The notes beneath the pieces were generated by a model. That model was not told the DNA's origin and searched no databases. It saw only the letters and a list, made by a program, of their open reading frames with translations. Below are positions 18,294-27,808 of a DNA stretch of 31,675 bases, piece by piece. Both the position numbers and the translations under genes were made by a program. How positions within the stretch are numbered: position 1 is the first letter of the stretch; each line of letters begins with the position of its first letter. This stretch comes from an uncultured Eubacteriales bacterium (lineage in GTDB: Bacteria; Bacillota; Clostridia; Lachnospirales; CAZJLW01). The stretch is from assembly GCA_964546895.1 (NCBI GenBank), contig CAZJLW010000005.1:4252-35926 (forward strand), given 5' to 3'.

Positions 18294-19157
18294 TTATCGC
18301 CATCTTCTTTTTTCGATAACGTTAATCGTCAAATAAATAAACGCAATCGAAAACGTGATGTAGTAAATGATGTCGGCCACGTTAAATATGCCTTTGTCAA
18401 AGTTAGAAAACCTAGTCAAAATCGAGAACCATTTCAGCACTTTAACGAGCAGACCATCAAAAATGTAATTGTTCATGAGATAAGCGACACCGGACGCCAC
18501 TGCGGTTAAGATGAATACAATAATCCCGGCGAACATGTTTTTCGTGCTATCGAAAACGAGGAATGCAAAACCCGCCAAAATCAGCCCCAAAAACACTAAA
18601 GACGAACCTCTGTCAGACGGCATACTGTTAGCAAGCGAGTCCATAATGTAGAACAAAAACAACGTAGCGAAAGTAGCAACGGCCGCGACGATCTGGTTTT
18701 CCGTGAGTACGGAAACAAACAGACCAACACCGATAAAGCAGCAACCCATAAGAATATAGCCAACATAAGAGCCGACGATTTGCTGAACGGGCAGCTCACC
18801 GAAGCCTGACAACACAATCGGAAACAGCATAGTAATGCCCATGCCGATTATAAAAAGCAGAAACGCAGCTAAATATTTGCCAACTACTATTTGAAGAATC
18901 GTAAGCGGCGAAGTATACAACAGCTGGTCGGTTTTCTGACGTGCTTCCTCTGCGAAAAGCCGCATAGTAAGCGCAGGGATAAGTATAAGGAACAGAATAC
19001 TAGTTCCGGACAAAACATAGTTGTAATTGGGCGAGTTATTGGCGATGCACACGAGCGAAAAATAAATAGCCGTAAGCAAAACCAGAAAGCCCAAGAAAAT
19101 ATAACCCATCATCGAATTAAAATACGTACGCAATTCTTTTTTAATTATCGGAACCAT
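18294..19157 (-). CDS. GldF-like ABC-2 permease
   Basis: IIKKELRTYFNS, PALTMRLFAEEARQKTDQLLYTSPL, IVVGKYLAA motifs; start moved to ATG at 19157. Confidence 0.88.
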   Translation of the reverse strand: MVPIIKKELRTYFNSMMGYIFLGFLVLLTAIYFSLVCIANNSPNYNYVLSGTSILFLILIPALTMRLFAEEARQKTDQLLYTSPLTILQIVVGKYLAAFLLFIIGMGITMLFPIVLSGFGELPVQQIVGSYVGYILMGCCFIGVGLFVSVLTENQIVAAVATFATLFLFYIMDSLANSMPSDRGSSLVFLGLILAGFAFLVFDSTKNMFAGIIVFILTAVASGVAYLMNNYIFDGLLVKVLKWFSILTRFSNFDKGIFNVADIIYYITFSIAFIYLTINVIEKRRWR

Positions 19158-20103
19158 TAGAACTGCCTCCTTCGCCGCCCGTAACCTGAAGGAATATCTC
19201 CTCAAGCGTAAGGTCTAGAGATTTCATCATAAATATAGGAAGATTATTTTTCGCCATGCAATTAAAAATGGCTTCACGGATATCAAAGTTTTCGTCGCCG
19301 ACGAAATGGACGTCGAACGTTCCGGGTTCGCGGCTGGCGTCGATTTTGACGGATTTGATAGCAGGGTACTGCTCGACTGCGGCCATAATCTTGTCGGCTT
19401 CGCCTTTAATACGCGCCATCATCTTATGCCCGTGGGATAAGTTCATAGACAAACGCTCAGGTGTATCGCTAGCCACAAGCCGCCCTTTGTTAATAATCAT
19501 AACGCGGTCACAAACAGCGCTGACTTCCGACAGAATATGCGAACTCAAAATAATCGTATGCTTGTTACCAAGCTTTTTAATAACGTCGCGCATTTCGATA
19601 ATCTGCTTCGGGTCAAGTCCTACTGTAGGCTCGTCCAAAATAATAACCTTCGGATAGCCAATCATAGCCTGAGCCAAGCCGACTCTTTGCTTATATCCTT
19701 TTGAAAGGTTCTTAATAAGCCTTTTCGACATGTCGGTGATACGTACCGACTCTTTGATGTCGCTGATCATTTTCGCGCGTTCAGACGCCTTGACGTTCTT
19801 TATGTCGCAGACGAAGCTCAAATACTCGTCTACCTTCATGTCCATATAGAGCGGCGGTAACTCCGGTAAGTAACCGATATTACGCTTAGCCGCCTCCGGC
19901 TCGTCCAAAATATCGCTGCCGTTAATGGAAACTTCGCCCTCTGTAGCGGAAATAAAGCCGGTAATAATATTCATCGTAGTCGTTTTTCCGGCGCCGTTCG
20001 GACCCAAAAAGCCCAATATTTCGCCATCATTGACCGTAAAGCTGATATTATTAACGGCTAAGTGCTGTCCATACCGTTTAGTCAGATTTTTTACCTCAAT
20101 CAA
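19141..20103 (-). CDS. GldA-like ABC transporter ATP-binding protein
   Basis: Walker A GPNGAGKTT, signature LSKGYKQRVGLA, Walker B IILDEPT, H-loop LSSHIL; TTG start with GGAGGG RBS. Confidence 0.95.
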   Translation of the reverse strand: MIEVKNLTKRYGQHLAVNNISFTVNDGEILGFLGPNGAGKTTTMNIITGFISATEGEVSINGSDILDEPEAAKRNIGYLPELPPLYMDMKVDEYLSFVCDIKNVKASERAKMISDIKESVRITDMSKRLIKNLSKGYKQRVGLAQAMIGYPKVIILDEPTVGLDPKQIIEMRDVIKKLGNKHTIILSSHILSEVSAVCDRVMIINKGRLVASDTPERLSMNLSHGHKMMARIKGEADKIMAAVEQYPAIKSVKIDASREPGTFDVHFVGDENFDIREAIFNCMAKNNLPIFMMKSLDLTLEEIFLQVTGGEGGSSNGSDN

Positions 20104-20153
20104 GCCTTATCCCTCCGTAAAAATATTATGAAATCTTCCAAGCAAACACATAC

Positions 20154-20182
20154 ATAATACAATCTTCGTTATAACAAGTCAA
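20154..20182 (-). promoter_or_regulatory. Sigma-A-type promoter for the Gld-like ABC operon
   Basis: Minus strand TTGACT-17 nt-TATTAT, about 50 nt upstream of the start codon. Confidence 0.65.
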
Positions 20183-20235
20183 TACGGTATTATGAAGGTG
20201 GAATGAATAAATTATGAATTATTTGTAAATTAGAC

Positions 20236-20257
20236 AAAAAAAGCCCCGATTAGGGGC
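20236..20257 (-). terminator. Intrinsic terminator after the sulfatase
   Basis: Minus strand GCCCC-TAATC-GGGGC followed by T7. Confidence 0.8.
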
Positions 20258-20277
20258 GTGTGTCTAAGTGCAATATT

Positions 20278-21708
20278 TTAGTATTCGGCCGTGGCTTCCA
20301 GATTAACATAAGCGGCGTGCTGTATCTTTAAAATCAGCTGTTTGCGAAGCTCGCTTAGGACATCTGCGTATTGCTTGTCGGAAGCAATGTTGTTTATCTG
20401 GTGCGGGTCTTCTTGCACATCAAATAACAGCTCGTCGCCTTCGCCGTTAATATAGTACATGTAGCGGTTTGTTCGTATAGCCGTTTGGGGATTGTTGTCG
20501 GCGTTTAGAGACTCTATTATGACGCTTGTTTTTCCGTTGGTGCCGGAGCTGTTACGCCCGTTACTCCCCGTCAGCGCGTCCTTTATAGATGTACCTTGTA
20601 CGTATGTAGGCGTTTGCACCGCGGCGAAATCCAACATCGTAGGTACGATGTCAACCCCCTCGGTTAAACCGTCTAACGTTATACCACCTTCTATAAGCTT
20701 CGGGTAACTAATAATCATCGGTACGTTAGTAATACAGTCGAAGCCCGGCATTCCTTTTTGTATTTTACCGTGGTCGCCTAGATACTCACCGTGGTCGCTC
20801 GTAAATACGATAATCGTATCATCTCGCAGCCCTTTTGCTTCCAAACAGTTAATGATATGCCCCACATATTCATCCACATGTAATACAAGCGCGTAGTAAT
20901 AAGCAACAATCTCTTTCCAGCGCTCCTCAGAAAGCCCTTCCAAGTACGGTTCCCACTTTTCCGAATCGCTTTTCACTGGCATTTTAATCTTATCCCAACA
21001 GACCCGATCCAAATATTTTTTAGGCGGATTAACCGGAGTATGCGGCGCGTAAAACCCGGCTATAAGGAAAAACGGATTGTTGCCTTCGTAGTTGTTGATG
21101 AAATTGCATGTCTCGCTGGCTACAAACGCAGTATGGGTTACATCTTCACTACCGGCAAAAATATACGGCTCATGGGTCGACCGGCCCTGTTCGGAATACG
21201 ACGGCTTTTTGTAGTGCAATGCCGCCGGTGGCAAGGCGGTACGAGCATACTCCAACTGCTCCGGTGCGACCGCTTCCACCCATTTTGTATATGCATCGTC
21301 ATAACATCCGGGTTCGTCCGACAGTATAAACGTATCAAAACCATATGTCTGCGTCGGATTCTTATGATCCCGTCTGGCATGTGGGTCAAAGTGCAGCTTG
21401 CCGATTTGCGCTGTTTTATAACCGTACGGAGAAAGCAGCTTTTGGAGCGGCATAGCGTCCGTGGGAAACGGAATCCCGTTTCCCATTGCACGTAAGGACG
21501 AACAATACCTGCCCGTTAAAAAGCTCATTCTGCTGGGCGAGCATACAGGGTTATTCACAAAATACTGTGTAAGCTTTGCACCGCTACGCGCCAGTTTATC
21601 TATGTTGGGCGTTTCGATGGCCGTGTTTCCGTAACAGCTTAAAGCATCCAACCTCAGCTGATCCGTGTACAAATACAAAATATTTGGGCGTCTGAGCGTT
21701 TTCAACAT
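20278..21708 (-). CDS. Formylglycine-dependent (S1) sulfatase, Cys type
   Basis: RPNILYLYTDQLR, CSPSRMSFLTGRY, GKLH, FTSDHGEYLGDHG, ELYDLxxDP-like LFDVQEDPHQ; no signal peptide. Confidence 0.92.
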   Translation of the reverse strand: MLKTLRRPNILYLYTDQLRLDALSCYGNTAIETPNIDKLARSGAKLTQYFVNNPVCSPSRMSFLTGRYCSSLRAMGNGIPFPTDAMPLQKLLSPYGYKTAQIGKLHFDPHARRDHKNPTQTYGFDTFILSDEPGCYDDAYTKWVEAVAPEQLEYARTALPPAALHYKKPSYSEQGRSTHEPYIFAGSEDVTHTAFVASETCNFINNYEGNNPFFLIAGFYAPHTPVNPPKKYLDRVCWDKIKMPVKSDSEKWEPYLEGLSEERWKEIVAYYYALVLHVDEYVGHIINCLEAKGLRDDTIIVFTSDHGEYLGDHGKIQKGMPGFDCITNVPMIISYPKLIEGGITLDGLTEGVDIVPTMLDFAAVQTPTYVQGTSIKDALTGSNGRNSSGTNGKTSVIIESLNADNNPQTAIRTNRYMYYINGEGDELLFDVQEDPHQINNIASDKQYADVLSELRKQLILKIQHAAYVNLEATAEY

Positions 21709-21718
21709 ATCCCTCCTG

Positions 21719-23275
21719 CTATTTTTTCGCTTTGTCGTTAAGCTCGTTCAAAACTGCATTTTTCTTCTGCTGCTGTGTTGCGAGCCACGCCTTGTAATCC
21801 TTTTCGATGTCCTTCGATGTTACGAGCAGCTCAATAATTTTATTCCTTGGATCTACGTCAAACTTATCCTTGTTAGGCGCGCTGAATGCGTTAAAGTTAT
21901 AATCAACCAGCTGTGTTTTCATGTCGTCCGAACCTAAGAATGTAGTGAGCTGTGTCATTACACTCTTTATTTTCGGAGGTGCATATTCCGCAAGCGCAGC
22001 GGAAACATCAGTAACGTATAACATGGATAAAATTCTGTCGGAGTTTGTTTGATACGGGGTTACATAATTGCCTGCGGCATCTTTTTTCCACAGCATTTCA
22101 ATTTTGTCTGCGTTCTTTTTATAATCCTTGCCCTCTACTCCGTAAACAAGCAGCATCTTGCCTTCGTCGGATAAGAGCCAGTCATACATCGCCAATGCTC
22201 GCGTCAGCTTTTCTTCGTCTATGTTTTTACTAAAACAGATAGAACCCCAGCTGTCAATAGCTTGTAATGAAAAAAACTTGCCGTCCGGTGATTTTACATT
22301 CATGATCTCAACCATGTCTAAAGCATTAGAACCCGGGTATGTTTCCTCAAGTCCGTTCATTATGTTTGAAATGTTGGCACTGGTGAGGTTGTGGTACAAA
22401 ATACCGGCCTGCCCCGATTGAAATTTTGCCGGGCCATCCAGCGTCTTAGCCAGAGACTGTTCTCCCCACAAAACGTTTTCGTCAATCAGCCGCTTTGCCA
22501 TTTTCAAGCCTTCCAATGTCTCAGGCAAATCCGGACCCCATACGTAAGCTCCGTCCTTCTGTGTAAACGTACTCCAATACGGAGAAATCTGCTGTAATCC
22601 CGCGAATCCCGGAAATCCCCACGCAACACCAAGCATACCGATTGTTTTGCCCGCGCCGTTTTGTCCCGGATCTTTCTGCACCATAGCTTTCGCCAGCGCA
22701 ATCATTTCGTCCCATGTATACGTTGTTTTGTACATGTTAAGCTTTTGCGCCCAGTCTTTTCTGTATATGAACGCCTGCAAAGCCTTAAACCCTATATCGC
22801 CCGTATCCCGAATACCCGATACAAAATAATCCTTTCCGTCAATCATCAGCGCATCGTCGTACTGCTGCTTTTCTTTAAGCTTCCAAAGGTTCGAGAAGTT
22901 TTTCAGATTCGTCAGCGGCTTAAGCGAACCGCTTGTAGCCCACGTACGCAGCTCACTCGCGTTTGATAAGCTGGTCCACATCATTTCCGGCATATCGCCG
23001 CTTGCCATCCATATCCTGCTTTTTTCAGCAATGTCATTTAAACTGCACGCAACTAGGTCAAACTCAATATTAAATTTCTCCCTCAGGACATCATAGCGAA
23101 TATCCTTGTTCTGCTTGTCTGTATCAATAACATTAAACTTGAGCTTTATTTTTTTGCTCACATCCAACTTCTGCGGCTGCGCAGCCGGTACAGTAGTGCT
23201 TACTCCTGTTGACACCAGCGCAATAGTAGCCGCCATAACAGTTGCCATAATGGTTCTGCTGTGTTTTCTTAACAT
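21719..23275 (-). CDS. Extracellular oligosaccharide-binding protein (LplA-like SBP)
   Basis: Signal-like N-terminus; MASGDMPEM, IYRKDWAQKL, ALAMYDWLLSDEGKMLLVYGVEGKDY motifs; downstream of two permeases. Confidence 0.88.
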   Translation of the reverse strand: MLRKHSRTIMATVMAATIALVSTGVSTTVPAAQPQKLDVSKKIKLKFNVIDTDKQNKDIRYDVLREKFNIEFDLVACSLNDIAEKSRIWMASGDMPEMMWTSLSNASELRTWATSGSLKPLTNLKNFSNLWKLKEKQQYDDALMIDGKDYFVSGIRDTGDIGFKALQAFIYRKDWAQKLNMYKTTYTWDEMIALAKAMVQKDPGQNGAGKTIGMLGVAWGFPGFAGLQQISPYWSTFTQKDGAYVWGPDLPETLEGLKMAKRLIDENVLWGEQSLAKTLDGPAKFQSGQAGILYHNLTSANISNIMNGLEETYPGSNALDMVEIMNVKSPDGKFFSLQAIDSWGSICFSKNIDEEKLTRALAMYDWLLSDEGKMLLVYGVEGKDYKKNADKIEMLWKKDAAGNYVTPYQTNSDRILSMLYVTDVSAALAEYAPPKIKSVMTQLTTFLGSDDMKTQLVDYNFNAFSAPNKDKFDVDPRNKIIELLVTSKDIEKDYKAWLATQQQKKNAVLNELNDKAKK

Positions 23276-23325
23276 AAAAAAGCCTCCTTAATATTTTATA
23301 TTTTAAGCATAATGATGCCTTATAG

Positions 23326-24219
23326 CTATTCTTTAACCGCTCCGACAGTCAAGCCCGCAACAAAATACTTTTGCAAAAACGGATATACACACATAATCGG
23401 CAGCATACTTACAACGGTGCTTGCCATTTTAATACCTTCGCCAAAAGGTATAATACCGGTCGCCGATGATGCCGAGGCGTTTGCCGTAGATACATCCATT
23501 ACAATCGTCCGGAGTATAAGCTGTAGCGGTTGCTTCTCGTAGGATTTTATAAAAAGCATACCGTTCCACCACTCGTTCCAGCGATCCACGCCGTAATACA
23601 GAACATATGTAGCCAAAATAGGCGTAGACAGCGGAAGTACGATGCGAAACAATATGGCTATTTCGTTTGCTCCATCGATTTTGGCAGATTCGATGAGCGA
23701 AGGCGGAATGCTTTCAAAATGGCGCCTGATTACCGTCATGTACGAAAACGTAATGCCCATAGGCAGTATCATCGAAAAAATATTGTCCATTAGATGTAAG
23801 TCTTTAATGAGCAAATAATACGGAATAAGCCCGCCCGAAAAATACATGGTAAAAATAATTAAATACAGTACGGCTCTTTTTCCGGGGAACTCCTTTGTTA
23901 ATGCATAGGAACAAAAAACCGTCAGCAACATGTTGTACGTCACACCGAAAAATGTTACAAGCGTAGTAGTACGCATACCCAAAAACAATGTGCCCTGCTC
24001 GATAATCGTTTTATACGAATCGAAGACGAATTTTTTAGGGAACATCAAAAACGGGGTGCGTACATATTCGTTTTCAGACACAAGAGAGATTAAAACAGCG
24101 TTATAAAACGGGTAGATTACTATGAAAGCCAACACTCCCAAAAACGCAGCGATTACAACATCCGTAAATGTTGCCCGCATTAGCTTCTTTGTTTTTTTTG
24201 ATTTATCCGTAACGTTCAC
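23326..24219 (-). CDS. Carbohydrate ABC permease (LplC/MalG-like)
   Basis: EAA loop SLIESAKIDGANEIAILFRIVLPLS; MYFSGGLIPYY; YPFLQKYFVAG. Confidence 0.93.
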   Translation of the reverse strand: MNVTDKSKKTKKLMRATFTDVVIAAFLGVLAFIVIYPFYNAVLISLVSENEYVRTPFLMFPKKFVFDSYKTIIEQGTLFLGMRTTTLVTFFGVTYNMLLTVFCSYALTKEFPGKRAVLYLIIFTMYFSGGLIPYYLLIKDLHLMDNIFSMILPMGITFSYMTVIRRHFESIPPSLIESAKIDGANEIAILFRIVLPLSTPILATYVLYYGVDRWNEWWNGMLFIKSYEKQPLQLILRTIVMDVSTANASASSATGIIPFGEGIKMASTVVSMLPIMCVYPFLQKYFVAGLTVGAVKE

Positions 24220-24233
24220 CTCCTAGCGCTTTG

Positions 24234-25133
24234 TTATACGATGCCTTTTTCGCCGAGCTTTTTAGCGACAAAGTTGGCCGATAGCAACAATATGCAGTTT
24301 GTTATACCCGTAAACAAACCGACAGCCGTACTAAACCCAAAGTTGGGCATTCTCAAAAAAGAAATCCTGTACACATATGTATCTAAAATATCCGCAACCG
24401 AATACACTGCCGGGTTATATAAGTTAAATATTTGCATAAAACCTGCGGACATTAGATGCCCTACATTTAAAATGAGCATCGTTACGACGACGGATTTTAT
24501 ACCCGGCCACACGATGTGTATGTTTCGTTGAAGCCTGTTCGCACCGTCGATTTTCGAAGCCTCATACAGCGACGGGTCGATACAGGTTATTGTAGCCATG
24601 TACACAATCGTTCCCCAACCGAACTCCTTCCACATCTCCGAGAACACCAGCAGGTACCGGAAGGTTCGTATGTTGGTTAAGAAATTAATTTTTTCCGCAC
24701 CGAACAGCGCCAGTATATTGTTTACAGCGCCGTGCGAGGAAAGCATGTTAAATATTAGGCTGGATAAGATGACCCACGATAAAAAATGCGGAAACGTATA
24801 AATAACTTGCAGAACCCGTTTAAACCGCTCAAAAAATATTTCGTTTAGCAATATTGCAATGAAAACGGGTATCGGAAAGCCAATAACAAGCTTCATAAAC
24901 GAAATAATAATCGTATTAAAAAATGCTTGCCAAAAATCCGACTCCACGAACAGGCTCCTAAAATGTGCAAGCCCAACCCAATCACTGCCAGCTATCCCCT
25001 TCATAAGGCTAAACTCTTTAAAAGCCAGCTGTAGCCCGTATATTGGAATATATTTGAAGACTAGGTAGTACGCCAAAATCGGTACGAGCAGTAGATATAT
25101 GTACTTTGATTTTTTTATATTCATCCATAGCAT
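24234..25133 (-). CDS. Carbohydrate ABC permease (LplB/MalF-like)
   Basis: FPHFLSWV, WKEFGWGTIVYMATITCIDPSLYEASKIDGANR, STAVGLF motifs. Confidence 0.93.
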   Translation of the reverse strand: MLWMNIKKSKYIYLLLVPILAYYLVFKYIPIYGLQLAFKEFSLMKGIAGSDWVGLAHFRSLFVESDFWQAFFNTIIISFMKLVIGFPIPVFIAILLNEIFFERFKRVLQVIYTFPHFLSWVILSSLIFNMLSSHGAVNNILALFGAEKINFLTNIRTFRYLLVFSEMWKEFGWGTIVYMATITCIDPSLYEASKIDGANRLQRNIHIVWPGIKSVVVTMLILNVGHLMSAGFMQIFNLYNPAVYSVADILDTYVYRISFLRMPNFGFSTAVGLFTGITNCILLLSANFVAKKLGEKGIV

Positions 25134-25238
25134 ATTACGATGTCACACCCCTTCTTATAAAATATATGCCGAAATAATATCACCGGAGTCGGTCAGATAA
25201 TATAGAGAATCCGATACTAAATATGTAATTTTGGGCAC

Positions 25239-25271
25239 AAAAAAACCATGCCGCGCGGGCATGGTTTTTTT
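25239..25271. terminator. Perfect 14-bp hairpin terminator between the sensor kinase and the importer
   Basis: AAAAAAACCATGCC-GCGCG-GGCATGGTTTTTTT, overlapping the kinase stop codon. Confidence 0.85.
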
Positions 25272-27045
25272 ATAGGTTATTTATAATCGGTAGCCTAACG
25301 GTGACGACTGTTCCGTTAGAATCGGACAACAGCGCTATGCCGTAGCTGTTGCCAAAATTACATTTGATTCTGTTATTAACGTTAGCAAGACCAACCGACG
25401 GTGTACCGTTTTCGGAGTCCGGTTTAATAGAACGCTCGGGTGTATATTCCTGGGACAGCAGAGCATTAAGCTCGGTTAGCTTCGTTTGCTCCATACCGCC
25501 GCCGTTATCGGTTATTTCAAAAACCAAGCTGTCACCGCGGCAAAATCCCTTTATATTCAAAACACCGTTGCTGCCTATTTTTTCGAGTCCATGTTCGACG
25601 GCGTTTTCGATAATAGGCTGTAACAACATTTTCAGGGTGTATAGCTCGTACAGCTCCTCTGAGAAATCAGTTTTTATTGTGTGCTTGTCCTGCCAGCGTA
25701 TACAGCAGATTTTAACGTATTCGTTGACAAAGCTAATCTCTTCTTTCAGCGGTACTATGCCGTCCTTGTTAATCGTGTACCTAAAAATCCTCGCCATAGC
25801 CGTGGCTATATCGGCTATATCTTTTATCCCGTGCAGCAACGCTATGGCACGGATAGACTGCAATGTATTGTACAGAAAATGCGGATTGATTTGGGCTTGC
25901 AGTGCGTATAGCTGCGACTCCTTTAATGCAAGCTCTATTTCGTACAGCCGGCTTTGGGTGCTGATAATGCGCGAAACCTGCTCCCGGTTTTGTTCCAGCA
26001 TGTTGTTAATCTCATCGGCGATTTCTTTTATTTCAAATTGATTGTTTACGACGATTTTTTGAGAACGCAGATGGGTTTTCAGGCTGCGTATTTGTGTCAC
26101 CAGCTGATCCAACGGCTTCGTTATATCACCGTTTATAATGTAGCCCGCCATTAACAGCAACGCCATAAACGCAAGTATATTTGTTATAATCCAACATGCG
26201 TAGAGTTGTATTTCTTTTGTTGTTATATGCTTGTCCAGCACTACCTTTACCGTTATGCCGTACTTGTCAATCAGCTTTGTCGTTGTATACAGCTTCATTT
26301 TGTCGGGCTGGTAATCCCCGATAGTAATACCGTTTTGAAATTTGTCATAAATCCCTATACCTATCGTTTGAAACTGCTTATCCACACGCGCCCAGTCGTA
26401 AAACTTTGTTGTTTTCATTTCAAAGAGTATGTAGCCCTTTTGCTCGTACATAGCATTTTCGGAAGCGGACTTGCCGAATACCGGCATCAGAAAAACCAGC
26501 AAATCATAGAAATCCTGTTTGGGATGGCTTTTCAAAAAAAACACGTCTTGGCGGACATCCACAAGCCCTCTGTCTGCATACAACCTATTTATTTGGTTTA
26601 CGGCGTTGCTTTCGTCGCCTTCTATAAACGAATAATGCGCAAGCGATTTGTTTATCAAAATAATATTGTGTATCTCGGGATTATACAGGCATACAAACTT
26701 AACGAGGTCGTTAATATGTTTGCTTGTTAAATACTTCGTGCCGATATCCTCGTCGGTTAGGAACTCGCCGACCTCCTGGTTAAAAGCAAATGCCATAGCC
26801 GAGGCTTTAATGTCGTCCAGTACAGAATTAAACGTAATCTCAACACTGTCGGATACCATCATGACACTTTTTTGAAGCTGATCGCGCTGTACGCCCCATA
26901 AAATAACAAAGAACACAAGCTGTATAAGAATAACGCAAATCAGCGAACGTGCTATTAATAGCTTAAGCTGCTTAGAAAGGCTGCGCTTATTAATAATACC
27001 CGTAACCGTATGGCTTAAAACCGCCTTTAGCTTGTTTTTCATCAT
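25270..27045 (-). CDS. YesM-like sensor histidine kinase
   Basis: Two TMs, HAMP region, LQAQINPHFLYNTL, LQPIIENAVEHG, ITDNGGG, VGLANVNNRI. Confidence 0.93.
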   Translation of the reverse strand: MMKNKLKAVLSHTVTGIINKRSLSKQLKLLIARSLICVILIQLVFFVILWGVQRDQLQKSVMMVSDSVEITFNSVLDDIKASAMAFAFNQEVGEFLTDEDIGTKYLTSKHINDLVKFVCLYNPEIHNIILINKSLAHYSFIEGDESNAVNQINRLYADRGLVDVRQDVFFLKSHPKQDFYDLLVFLMPVFGKSASENAMYEQKGYILFEMKTTKFYDWARVDKQFQTIGIGIYDKFQNGITIGDYQPDKMKLYTTTKLIDKYGITVKVVLDKHITTKEIQLYACWIITNILAFMALLLMAGYIINGDITKPLDQLVTQIRSLKTHLRSQKIVVNNQFEIKEIADEINNMLEQNREQVSRIISTQSRLYEIELALKESQLYALQAQINPHFLYNTLQSIRAIALLHGIKDIADIATAMARIFRYTINKDGIVPLKEEISFVNEYVKICCIRWQDKHTIKTDFSEELYELYTLKMLLQPIIENAVEHGLEKIGSNGVLNIKGFCRGDSLVFEITDNGGGMEQTKLTELNALLSQEYTPERSIKPDSENGTPSVGLANVNNRIKCNFGNSYGIALLSDSNGTVVTVRLPIINNL

Positions 27046-27785
27046 ACACCGTGTCCTTTACCGTTATCGGCTCTGAATTGTGACGGGGTTTGCCCCGTAA
27101 TAGCCTTAAATCGCTTCGCAAAATAAAAGTAGTCATCAAAGCCGGCTTTTTGAGAAATTTCGTTTACAGATAAACCAGTGGTTAACAGCAATTGCTTTGC
27201 AAAAATGATACGCCGCTCTGTTACGTATGTGACGAAGCTTTTGTTGTAGTTTGCGCTAAACAGCTTTGCGCAATAAGACGGGCTGACATGAAACTGTTCG
27301 GAAACCGCACGGATACTTAGTTTTTTGTTTAGGTTTATCTCTATATAGTCCTCTATTTTGCGGATAAGTGTGTTATTCGAGCCTTCTGAGTCGCTATGGC
27401 CGTCGGCTTCCAGCTTTTTCTTAAGCCGTAACAGCATGGCGCTTGTTTCGTCCTCATTAAGAGGTTTTAAGCAGTAATCAAACACCTTGTACTGTAGCGC
27501 CTGCTTTGCATATTGAAAATCGTCGTAGCCACTGACGATAACGAACTCACCGCCGTAGTCGGCGTCGCGGCAACGGTCGATAATATCCAACCCGGAAAGA
27601 TGCGGCATTTTTATATCCGTGAACACAACATCAGGCTTAAAAATCAAAATACTTTCCAGTGCAGCTCTCGAATCGGTAAAGGTAGCCTTTATTTCAAAAT
27701 TAAACCTTTCCCATTGGATCGTCTTTTGTAAGTCCACGATACCAAACCATTCGTCGTCTACAATAAAAACAGAGAACATGGACAT
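27042..27785 (-). CDS. YesN-like response regulator (REC plus AraC HTH)
   Basis: FIVDDE, DVVFTDIKMP, SGYDDFQYA, YCLKP; C-terminal GFDDYFYFAKRFKAITGQTPSQFR; ATGA overlap with the kinase. Confidence 0.93.
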   Translation of the reverse strand: MSMFSVFIVDDEWFGIVDLQKTIQWERFNFEIKATFTDSRAALESILIFKPDVVFTDIKMPHLSGLDIIDRCRDADYGGEFVIVSGYDDFQYAKQALQYKVFDYCLKPLNEDETSAMLLRLKKKLEADGHSDSEGSNNTLIRKIEDYIEINLNKKLSIRAVSEQFHVSPSYCAKLFSANYNKSFVTYVTERRIIFAKQLLLTTGLSVNEISQKAGFDDYFYFAKRFKAITGQTPSQFRADNGKGHGV

Positions 27786-27808
27786 ACCTCCGTGCGAGTT
27801 TTAAAAGT

